64,000 nt of DNA from Lingula anatina (Eukaryota; Animalia; Brachiopoda), in the NCBI GenBank assembly GCA_051362555.1, contig CM120646.1, positions 18,104,001-18,168,000 on the forward strand, written 5' to 3'. The notes under the pieces were generated by a model. The model was given only the letters and a program-made list of their open reading frames with translations, was not told the DNA's origin and searched no databases. Shown here piece after piece: positions 25,969-37,741 of the stretch. The first letter of the stretch is position 1, and every line of letters starts with the position of its first letter. A program made the position numbers and the translations under genes.

Positions 25969-28273
25969 CTGTTAACGTATAGTTGCTTTGGCTTATGTTC
26001 GCAGAAGAAGATCTGTGCTTGAGGACTATACTTTTCCTTTACGTAAAATGCCTTAATCAATGGCAAACCACTGTTCAAAAAGTTTCATGTAAGATTTTGT
26101 GAGAAAGCTACCTACATGATACTGGGTATATTGTTTATAATCAGTATTTTATCAATATCGATTACAAACATTGCAATTATGCATGTAGTATGATATTTAT
26201 TATCAATATTTTCTTAATAGCTTTTCTGTCATTCTTTCAGTTTTTGAGTTCCCTACTCTGCTTGCGTGCTTATTATTATAATTATAATTATCATTTTGTT
26301 GAAATAAATTTAATTTTCCATTAACCCAAGGATTATAAAGAAATGATGAATTCTAATGAGACACCATGGACTTTAAATTGAAATGTAGGATACTTTGTGA
26401 TCACCTTACTACTTTGAAGAATTGAATGTCGTGAATTACACAAAACTTACAAATGTTAAAACAATACGAGCCAGTTCGACATTTCCACCATTGTTCTTAT
26501 CCACTCATTCTTTATACATTGTGATGTGGGAAATAAATAAGGTTAAATATAAAGGTGTTTGAACGAAGCAATTCTGACTGTACATAGAGAACTGTGGAAA
26601 ATTGTTGAAAATGATATCAAATGAAAGCGACGACAATCGTAATGAGCTCCTAATAACGTGAAGATGTTTTGTGTTTAGTCTACCCTTCTTCTTTTCTTAG
26701 AATCTTCAATAACACAAATGATTAACATTTTGAATGAAAACATGAATCTTTTTATATATTTACACAATTGTCTTTTTTCTTTTTACTTTATTTTTATGCG
26801 ATTTCTGAAATTTTGTCAAGCAATGTGATTACTCGTTTAAAAAGATATTTAAAATAGTATATAGAAACATCTGAGATATTGTAAAAAACTGTTACAATTA
26901 TCAAATAAATATGTAAATAAAATATAAGGATTTGCCAGTTATTTTTTTAATCTGCCTATACTCACTGATACTGTAGACGAGGGCACACGACTTTTTATTT
27001 CGTTAAAGGCCAAAGTATTTGAATTCCAATCTTAAGGCGCATCCAGATTCATCTTACCAGCTGGGTGGATCCACCTTTGCAGTTATTGTCGCTAAAGTGC
27101 AATCAGTGTGATCAGCTTAACTGTCTCACACGCATCCAGCTAAGAGCGCATGCAAAACAGCAGGCTAAGAGATCATTCCCAGAACCCATCATACTAACTT
27201 TGAATCGATCCATCACCAAGGGGATTCTCGCTAAATTGCTATTAAATAAAGCGGTTTAGATGTCTCACACGCCCACTGAAGCTGTTAGAGGGTAATTAAG
27301 TATCGTTTACCGCTTCAGTAGGCGTGCCAGATATCTAAGCCGTTTAAGCTAAAAGCAGTTTAGCGAGAAGGGTCGATGCAGTTAGATCGGTCTAGGCATG
27401 GGAACCCAGTCTAACATTTCCTCGGATCAAATATGGCCGACCCACTTAAATTCTTGTTGCGTAAACCCCGCGGGGAATCCATTAAGTGCCTAATCGGGAA
27501 TTAACTTCATTTCACAGCAAAAACTGTATCTCCCTGGCATTTGTCGTTGAAATCCATAAATTACAATGGAAAATGCTGGCCATCTTAAATTTTCTCAAAA
27601 TGCCGTAGGATACACACACACTTGCATTTTAAGAAATTAGAATTGAAACAAGCAATGTGATTACGTTTTTTAAAACGTAATTTAATTTGTACACACAGAA
27701 CTCTGGAAAACTGTAAAAGACACTGCTACATTTATTTTACTTAAAAGTAAATAAATTAATGAAATTAATTCGAAAAAAAAATGTAGTGAATTGTCAGCTG
27801 TTTTTATCTGTGAGCTATAGGTGAGGACGCCGCGCATTCTGTTACAGCTGTACGAGCCAAATCTGGGTATCCGACGTAAAATACAGCCCTCTTATCATTT
27901 TCTCCGATGACCTAATGTCTTTTTGTATGGCGATATCAAAACAAGAAAATAAGATATATTTGCATTGCTAACGTTTAATAGTATGTAGAGGTTAAAATTA
28001 AGGGTATCCTTGATTTTTACCTCCTCCAAGGAGGTTGTGTTTTCACTCTTGTTTGTTTGTCTGTCATCAACATAACTCAAAAGGTTATAGACCAAATTTG
28101 ATGAAATTTGCAATGAAATCTTATCAACACAAGGGGAACAGCTACCACGTCTTGTTCCATGTGTTTTGACATCACTACGTAGTAAAGGAAGTAAATTATA
28201 ATACACCATGACACATCTAAAATGTGGTGCAAGAACGGGAATCTAGTCATTGTTCCTTGTTCAAACATGTATG

Positions 28274-28516
28274 ACTGGGTCCATACTTAGATCGATCCAT
28301 CTGGATCGACCTAACTCCCTGGGGGTTCACGCTAAATTGCTATCAGCTCAAGAAGCTTAAATGTCTGTCACGCCTACCGAATCAGCTAGGGGTAAAGAAA
28401 ATTACCCCCTAACAGTTTTAATAGACGTGACAGACGTTTAAGCCGGTCAGTTTGATAGCAATTTAGAGAGACTCCCCAGGGAGATAGATCGATCCAAATA
28501 TCTGTGGGAATGGTCT
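28274..28516. mobile_element. Fold-back (palindromic) MITE family B; other copies or fragments near 4372-4621, 11765-11980, 27172-27410, 32208-32575, 36504-36716, 38880-38985, 43494-43660, 53575-53775
   Basis: Shared self-complementary layout CCCATACTTAGATCGATCC...CTAAATTGCTATC...AAATGTCTGTCACGCCTA / TAGRCGTGACAGAC...GATAGCAATTTAG...GATCGATC...GGGAA. Boundaries approximate. Confidence 0.7.
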
Positions 28517-28899
28517 CTATGTCTGCACTACATGTAAAGAGTGTTATATGACATACGCTCAAAAAGGCGTCTGAACATTACTATATAGTGACGGCAGTGG
28601 GAATGAGACATTTGATCACTGTAACACAACGACCCAATAAATAGATATCGGATAAGAGGTGTTATAAAGGTCACGTCGAGTCGTTTATCTGTGAAGATAT
28701 TTTGGGCATGATAATGGTTATTATTTAGGTGCTTCATTATTATTTAGGTGTTGAAACATCTACATGTAAAGTGGAGGTTTTTGTGGGTTAAACAGCAGCG
28801 ACATGATTACAAATTGATCACAAAATGTACTTACTTTGTAATGAGTAGTAAAAGTGATCCTTTTTGATTAAAGCAAAAACGAAATTTATTCCAATGTTA

Positions 28900-29281
28900 T
28901 TCTTGGAAAACGGTATTTCAATATTTTTTAGTTTGTTTCACTTTCCGTCGACTTTACAGTCGAAATCCTGTTAAAAGTCTTTTTATTACCCTAACCTCCA
29001 TGACCAACCTTTTACGGTAGCAATACATGAATGAGATTTTAATATACAACCAGTCAGTTTTCTTTTCTTTTCTTTTCAAAGATGAAATGATCTAGTTATC
29101 TTGAAAAGACGCCGCAGGTATGTAGTCGCTGAAAAAGGGGCGATGACGTAGAAGTCACGAGATCTACACAGATGCGGGATTGGCAATCTTGAGATAACCT
29201 GACTCGTTAAACAGCCACGTCTCCCAGCTAAGAGCGCCGCCTCTGTAGAACTTATCAAGCAGTTGACTATCACAGGTGAGT
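28900..29281 (+). promoter_or_regulatory. Paralogous promoter/exon-1 block of copy 5
   Basis: TTCTTGGAA 28900-28908; GTTTCACTTTCC from 28935; donor CAG|GTGAGT at 29275/29276. Confidence 0.55.
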
Positions 29282-30067
29282 AGGCCAAGCGTTTGGCAAG
29301 TTACTTAGCCGCCATTATTCTCATTTTCTGCTCTAACATGCATCAAAAGTAAACAATAACCTATGACTTTTAATACGTCTACTGCGTCAAACGCAAATAA
29401 TATGAGGATTCAGACTCTTTGTCCGCTTTTCGAAGTACACTCTACAGCTGAATTGTTCTGGACAAGATATATGTTCAACTCTGTTGTCTCATTTATGTCA
29501 GACTTGCACTGAATATACCAAACTTTAAACAAGAATTAAATTGAAAGCTGCATTGCTGTATACAGGATAGAGCGTCATTCTTTTTTTTTTCATTTCCTGG
29601 TGAAACAACCACTGAAATTCCTGCAAGTCGTAATGCTTGATAATCATTATATTAACCTATTCGTTCACAGTCTTGGGAAATTTGAATTAAGTTATGGGGT
29701 GTGCAGATTCTTTGAAATGAGATATGGTCCAGTGGTTTGTATTTCTTTTACATAATGTCAAGAAGACAGGTTAAACTACCGGTATACGCGAAACATACCT
29801 CTTCTGAAACGTTGATCAAATATACATGCAGCACCTTACCGCAAACACGTTGTTCTAAAATATGTAAGGAGGAATTTCGTAAAATATAACTACACAGTAA
29901 AGCTAAATAATTTTAAGCTTATTCTCGTCGAGCAATCAGGCTGTCACTTGGCACGGGAAAAAAGTGGTTACTAACTGTAACTGACAAAGATGCTCACAAC
30001 TTTGACAAATAGTACTTCTGAAACGTTATTCTCTGACCACAGGCTGCGCTAGTACTCTGTTACAAAA

Positions 30068-30320
30068 TTTTTACCTCCTCCAAGGAGGTTATGTTTTCAA
30101 CCCTGTTTGTCTGTTTGATTGTTTGTTTGTCTGTCATCAACATAACTCAAAACGTTATGGACCGATTTTGATGAAATTTTCAGGAACTGTCAAAAATGGG
30201 CCAAGGAACAGATGATTAGTTTTTGGCGGTGATCTGGATCAATAATCAATCAATAATCAATAATAATAAAAAAATTGCTGCCTTGGAGGAGGTCTGCGCT
30301 CTCGGAGTGCTTTTCTAGTT
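30068..30320 (+). mobile_element. Helentron-associated (HINE/DINE-1-like) non-autonomous element; partial copies near 28013, 31026, 44688 and 52783
   Basis: Subterminal inverted repeats ACCTCCTCCAAGG / CCTTGGAGGAGGT, GTTT/GTCT microsatellite, 3' hairpin GCGCTCTCGGAGTGC, end CTAGTT, T-rich insertion site. Confidence 0.65.
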
Positions 30321-32840
30321 GCATGCCATATTCTTTGATTTTGTATACTATTCTGAAGGTCCCTGATATCGGAAGTAATGAATTGTTGGGCTACTGAGGG
30401 TTGGTGCCAACCGGAAAGTTAGATAAAATACTATAGGGACCGATTTTATATGCATGTTTTCTTTTATCAGAACTGTGTTTAGATTAGATAAAGGTGGAAA
30501 AAATCAGGTTAATCTACCTCAACGTCACACCGCATCAAATTCATGTTCATTTGATATAGTGACGCAGAAAACCGAGATAAAAAACCTTAGCTGCGTATAG
30601 GGGTCCAAATCTTTTATTTCTGTATAATTAGCATAGGTCTTACGTTTAGTCCTAGGTAGAGAGGACCCGAATTTATCTTAAATGTCGTTTGTTCGTAATT
30701 CTAGTACAAATATAATAATAAAGTTATGTTGAACTACCCTCCACCAGGGTGGCAGATATTGTAGGCACATTTTCCACCAGCCACAGCCAGACACGTTATC
30801 TGTGAATATCCAGTGAAAAACCAATCAGTGGACCTGGTAGAGGATAATATTGAACCGCCAGATGTTGTTTGTCTTTTCTTCTTTCCGTTCGTTCAAAAAA
30901 ATTAAACCGATAAGTTTTATTTCGCTTTCACCGCGAGTTAGAATAATTAACCGTTAGCTTTGAAACGTGGGAATTGGTGCATGCAACTGAACCTGCGTAA
31001 AGTACTCTGTCGTTATTCGTATTATTATTACCTCTGCTAAACAGGTCATGTTTTTGCCTTTGTTGGTTTGTTAGTAAACAGCCGACTCAAAACGTTGAGG
31101 ACGGATTTTGATAATTTTTTCCAGAAAAGGTAAGCAGTGGGTTAATTTAATATTTATAAAATTTTGTTAATATCCCTATTTTTTTTAATAATTTGAACTG
31201 AGCTTCATCGGTGTAGGTATTGTGGACGTGCTCTCAAGGTAATTTTCAAGTTTCAGATGGGTCGCCTGTCAAAGTGAGCTCAGGCAGACCCTTATTTGAT
31301 ACTCATAAATGGAAAATATGAAAGCATTGGTTGCTAAGCAAGTCACGAGTGACGTGACAATCTATAGGCGCTGTCAAGGAACTCAGGCTAATGCAGTACC
31401 TTGTATGAGGCATTAAGAAAGTGATTAGCGTAGAACGGAGTATGTGTTAATGTATAAAATGCCTAAATTAAAAATATTTACGAACCCGTTCACAATATTC
31501 GTATTTTAACAAAATAACTTGGATTCATGCAACACTTGAAAAATAATTACACATGGACTAACAATGTAAAATGCTGACGGAGTAGGCAAAATACGTAGAA
31601 CTGAGTGGCCTTCAGATAACAACCAACCCAAAGTATGGGATTTACTGTGCTAATGTTTACCGAGAGATTGAGTCTCTATAGCTCCAACCAAGATAACCTG
31701 GTTTTACTGCACTAGTTTAGACAGTTAAACACGGGGTCGGTCATTAAAGCAGTCACCTAAGGTCACTGAAAGGGTTTATTCTCATCGAAATACCGAAAAT
31801 TGGGGTTTTCGTGCGTTTAAGTATTCAATAATGCATCTACCATTTTGCTGATAAAAAACACATATACACTCGAAAGAAAATATAAAATGTAGGCGTCCAT
31901 ATTTCTCATTGCAAAGCAAGCGGAAGGTTAGGGCACTTCCGTACTCTCACCATTTTCGTTTATAAGACCAACTATAGCTGTTCGAAGCGAGGAGACATAA
32001 TTAAATGTAAGTTCCTGGGAATCGAACCCACGGCGCCATACAAAGTAGGCGAGCGCTCTATCATTCGAGCCATCCGCACCAGTAGCATCTCTTGACATTC
32101 AGATATGATTCAGATAATTGAAATAATTCAAAAAGATATCACAATTACTACAATACATATTGATGCTCTTAAACCCACTTTAACTATTGCTATTATGTCA
32201 ACTTGACCGGCTTAAATGTCAGTCACGCCTAGGAAAGCTGTTAGGGTGTAATTATCTTTTCCTCCTAGGTGATTCGCTAGGCGTGACAGACATATATGCC
32301 GGTTATTTGATAGCAATTTAGGGAGACTCCCCAGGGAGTTAGGTCGATCCAGATGGATCGATCTAAGTATGGGAACCCAGTCTAGGTTCCCATACTTAGA
32401 TCCCTCCAGGTGGATCGACCTAACTCCCTTGGGTTTCACGCTAAATTGTATCAGCTCAAGAGGGAGCCGAGCGCGCATGAAAGTTAATTCCCCATTTAAG
32501 CTGGTTAAGCCGACAGTTATTTAGTGAGACTCCCCAGGGAGATAGATCGATCCAAATATCTGTGGGAATGGTCCCGTAGTACAGGGACATCTACCGGTAG
32601 AATTGCAAAGTTATTAGGCCTACAGCTAACACTATACTACACGTATATAGTTAGTTGTATATCGTTATACTACACGTACATACACGCGCGCACACACATG
32701 AATAAATAAATAAATAAGCAATATAAGATATATAAAAAAAAAAAAAATAATTAAATAACATTCACTGATTATCTGATTTTAGCGTCGTTTCAGTTCTCAT
32801 CAAGGTATCACTCTCTGCCTGTCTGTTTCAGATTTGCGCC

Positions 32841-33360
32841 ATGGCATACGTGCAGAAACCGTACCCGGAGGCTTATCCACAGCAAAACCCTCATTATGGG
32901 TACGACCAAGGACCTCCGCCCGCATACAATCCTGCACCGTCTGCACCTCAAACACAGGTGTGTAATGGGGTATTCCTTGGGGCGATTTGGAGCTAAAATT
33001 GTATCAGGGTGGGTGAAAAGAGGTCGGGCGGGGCGACGCGTTGATATCAAGACTTTGAAGTGCATTTATTAAAACAGGTCACTTGCGTATGATTGTTACC
33101 TACTCGTTTTTGATAGAATAATTACTGAAAATCTACTTTTTTAGCTTTGGTCTGTATGGATTTGATTAGCTTTTTTCGCCATTATTTCGATTAGGTGATC
33201 GTGAACCAGCCCGCTCCTGCGACAACCAATACTGTGTTCGTCACAACTCAAATCAAGCCGCCCAACTACTTGGGGCTGTCCATCTTTGTGCTGCTGTGCT
33301 GCAATCTGCCCTTGGGGATAATTGCTCTCATCTTTTCAAGTAATTTCTTCCTAAAATGTT

Positions 33361-33405
<45 letters not shown>

Positions 33406-33715
33406 GTCCAAGTGATTTTTTACTACATATTCACAGATGTGCCTCTGGCTTTTTCATGGCATTTTTCCTACTGTACAGAGAGCATTTTTGCATGGAATTA
33501 ATTCCATCATTAATTAATTTCATAATTCTGGCCTCTAGTATCGAGCCCTCTTTGATACTGTTTCTTTTAAAATGAAATAATAATAAGCAGTATCTGTTCA
33601 CACTAAAGTTCGCTTGAAATTTACATTTTTATAAGAGAAAATGCGTCGCCCAAACAAAAGATGATTTAATCTCAGGCAAATTGGCCTCATTTGGTGGACA
33701 CCGCTGCGCCAAATG

Positions 33716-33758
<43 letters not shown>

Positions 33759-34088
33759 TCATTAAACGACAGTGAAATCGAACTTCAAGATATAAAGATA
33801 TCAGTAATGTACACCCATAATACCAGTCACAGAGATTCTCATTAGAAAAGATGCAGTCCCGTCTTTGAAGTACACATAACATATACTAACATACGTAAAT
33901 TTCTCTCTTTTTCTTCAGTTTTATCGGACAGCGACTACGGCGCCGGGGATGTGGAGGGAGCCCGGAGCAAGGGGAAGGTAGCCATGGGGCTAAGCATCGC
34001 TGGCATGGTGACAACTATCATTGCGGTAGTCGTGGTCCTGGTTTACTATTTCGCGGTAATAGTAGCAGTTGCCAATGCAGAAACCTAA
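32841..34088 (+). CDS. CD225/dispanin protein, array copy 5. Exons 32841-32957, 33195-33339, 33919-34088; putative non-coding first exon ends at 29275
   Basis: MAYVQKPYPEAYPQQNPHYGYDQGPPPAYNPAPSAPQTQ / VIVNQP...KPPNYLGLSIFVLLCCNLPLGIIALIFS / ILSDSDYGAGDVEGARSKGKVAMGLSIAGMVTTIIAVVVVLVYYFAVIVAVANAET*. Confidence 0.92.
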
Positions 34089-34151
34089 ACCTAACTATAA
34101 ACGAATAGTTGCTTTGGCCAATGTTCACAGAGGATCTGTGCTCGAGGACTA

Positions 34152-34435
34152 CCCGCACGAAAATGCAGTAGTATCGAAGTAGCAAAGAAGCATTAACGCA
34201 GTAGAGGTGTGGAGCATATTTGCAGTAGAAATGCAGTATACCCTACTGCAATTCTACTTCAAAAATTGCATAGGTTTGTACAGAGGAGGAGCATAAATGC
34301 AGTAGATTAGCAGCATGATAGAAGCATGTTTCAAATATGCTAATTAGCTCCCACATCGAAGCAGATTTGAAGCATGTTTGCAGTATAATTGCAGTAGTCT
34401 ACTGCACTGGAGTATCTACTTCGTTTTTGTGCGGG
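34152..34435. mobile_element. 284-bp TIR element with TA target duplication in the 3' UTR of copy 5
   Basis: Termini CCCGCACGAAAA...TTTTGTGCGGG with internal GCAGTAG/CTACTGC repeats. The paralogous UTRs show the empty site GAGGACTA|T. Confidence 0.8.
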
Positions 34436-35607
34436 TATGCTTTTCCTTTAAGCAAAATGCCTTAATTAATGGCAAACCACTGTTCAAAAGTTTCATACAA
34501 GATTTTGTGAGTTAGCTAGCTCCATCACACTGGGTACATTGTTTATAATATTAGTATTTTATTAATATTGATTATAATCAATGTACCTAGTAAGATGTTT
34601 ATAATCAATATTTTATTAAATTAAATATGGATTATAAACAATCCACTTATCATGCGACTTATGCATGTAGCATGATGTTTGTTATCAACATTTTCTAAAT
34701 AGCTTCTCTGTCATTCGTTCAGTGTTTTTGAGCTCCCTACTCTGCTTGCATGCTTATTATTATAATTATAATTATTATTATTTTTTTTTTTTTGCTGAAA
34801 TAAATTAAATTTTCCATTAACCCAAAGATTATAAAAAATGATGAATTCTAATGAGGCACCATGGACCGTAAACTGAAATGTAGGATACTTTGTGATGATC
34901 TTACTACTTTGATGAATTGAAAGTCGTGAACTACACAAAATTTACAAATGTTAAAACATCACGAATCAGTTCAGCATATCCACCATTGTACTTATTCACT
35001 CATTCACGATACATTGTGATGTGCAAATTAAATGTTTAGGTGTTTGAATGAGGCACTTCTGACTGTACATAGAGAACTCTGGAAAATTGTTGAAAATGTT
35101 TTAAAATTTCATTATTTTTGTGAAAAATTGGTCTTGAGAAAATATATTTCAATAAATACATTTTGCATCAATTTCCATGCTCTGTCACTTGCTTTTACAG
35201 TATTAATAATTTTAATTATATTAAAATATAGACCAGAATTTTTTTGTTATTGGCCATGTTCTTTGAGCATCCCTCTTAACACAGTATACTTTTATAAACC
35301 TTTATTCTACACCTTTCTCTGCCATAAGCAGATATAAGAAATAAAACTTAGCATTTACTTGAGGCTGTTTCAAAAATACTAATATGTAATGGATGGGCCA
35401 ACACCTACAGGACAAATTGATGGTCTTTGATGGTCTCTCAATGAATGTCACTGAGAGACCATTAAAGGATTACACGGTTCTCCTTTCAAGTAGGTCCGCC
35501 ACATTTAGGTCTCGGCCTTGCTAGACCTCGGCTCTTCTTGATGTGAATGCTCTCTAAGTATGTCAAAATCTAGGATGGGGCTTACCTGTACAAATTGAAG
35601 GGAAACA

Positions 35608-35644
<37 letters not shown>

Positions 35645-36039
35645 GACACAGAACTAATCTTAATCACAGATATATTTTGTATTTTTATGACAATTTTACA
35701 AAACCATACTATTGTAGAATTTGTAACTGGTCACAAGAAATAATGGGCACTATATGAGACCAAGCAGCCTAGTGAGATTTGGCTTTCTCATAATAGAGTA
35801 ACCTTCCTGTAGACCTCATTCCCCATTCTTCAAGATGATCGTATGTCTCATTGTTTAGATTCTTTGTATGCACTGTTGGTTAAGTAGTTGTGATTTGCTG
35901 GTCCATTGACCTCTTCCTAACCTGAACTAGGATAGGTTCATGGTCAAGTTGATAATAATTAACCCTGATAAATGTGATTGAATACTGATATGTATTATTT
36001 ATGTACTTCTGTAAGACTGAAGTCCATTCATCCTGCACA

Positions 36040-36909
36040 TCACTTCTTCTGTGGCATCTTGGGGAGGGTGTTCATGTATTTGCATATGATTGACAGCATC
36101 ACTTCATCAGCACCGCCCCCAATGCTTATCAACCTGAAGTCCCTGTAAAACAATGACAATATGGAAAAATTTTGTCAACTAATAAGGCCTCATATGGTTT
36201 AACACATCTCAAATATTTCTGATACCAAAAACCCCTTCTAAACTATCTCTAGCTATGCCACACCACTACAATGAGCAATAGTTTCACTACAGGAACCAAT
36301 ATGAATTGTATTTCAAAATGAAAATGTGGAATGAATGATTTCAGCTTGCTTTCAAAAAGCATGGACACATTTCTTACCATATAAAATTTACCTCCTATAA
36401 ATTCCAAAGCAAATTTATTTTTCATGTAATTCTGACCAATGCTTGCCTAAAATAAATTGACCCCTGACCACTGCTTAACTGTACAGTCCACTGACCCACA
36501 CTTAGACCCCATTCCCAGAGATTAGATCGATCCAACTAGATCGACCTAACTCCATGGGGGTTCACGCTAAATAGCTGTCAGCCGAGGGGGCACGAAAGTT
36601 AATTACCCCCTTACAGTTTGTAGTAGGTGGGACGGACATTTAATCTGGATTATCTGACAGTAATCTAGTCAGACTCCCCACGGGGATAGATCGATCTGAA
36701 ATCTATGGGAATGCGCCCTTACCTGTATAATCTACTGACCAACACCTCATTTGTGAACCCCATCCCTCCCCAGTACTGCAGACAGCTATCTGCCACTTCT
36801 CTACCAAGTCTTCCAACCTTCAGCTTGCACATAGAGGCAAACTTGGTCACATCTTGGCCTTGGACATAAAGACCTGGAGTAATGAATGAGACAGTCATTA
36901 CACATGACA

Positions 36910-36941
<32 letters not shown>

Positions 36942-37710
36942 CGCAAGTCATCCTCATATAAAGTAACAACCTTGCCCAATCCCTGTACAGTAAAGACCAC
37001 ACCCACCTTCAGACATGTATTGTAATGACCACACACTCTTTATGTCCTGTAAGGTAATGGTCACACCTACTTACAGCCCTGTGCATTAATGACCAGACCC
37101 ACCTACAACCATGTATGGTAATGATCACACCCACCTACAACCATGTATGGTAATGATCACACCCACCTACAACCATGTATGGTAATGATCACACCCACCT
37201 ACAACCATGTATGGTAATGATCACACCCACCTACTGTCCTGTACAGCAATGACCTCAGTAGCTCCACCTCTGTCTCCAGCTCAGCCAGTCTGAAGTGGAC
37301 ACTCTGGTTGTTAAGTATGGGCTGACCAAAGGCCTTTCTCTCCTTGGTGTACTCTATGGTAGCTTGAATGATGTTCTGTAGAGTCTGGAGTACTGGTAAC
37401 AACAAGACACATGTTAAACTATTCAGAACAGTTACTGATTCAGAAGTACTGTCTGCTGTGTTCTATATGGGTCTGCATTAAAAGATTAATTACTCATTTA
37501 GGTGTTAGTGGTGAAATAAGCTGATCAAATGAAGAAAGTATCTGTGATCTACAAACATCTACAAGGTAACCAGAACTGAAGAACAAGACAATCCATCCTT
37601 TGTAGTCCTTTCATCACATATTTCTACATTTAAGAGCAGCACAAAAAGAATAACAATAATAATAATTGAAAAAAATGAAAGAATGAATAAATAAATATAA
37701 AATAAACAAA

Positions 37711-37741
<31 letters not shown>

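Noticed and set aside
9172-33065. Recurrent minus-strand ORFs 'MRLKSSRPKEYPITHLCLRCRRCRIVC...' that look like a Cys/Arg-rich peptide family
   Set aside because: They are antisense shadows of the duplicated Pro-rich dispanin exon; the + strand has the splice sites and a coherent protein.
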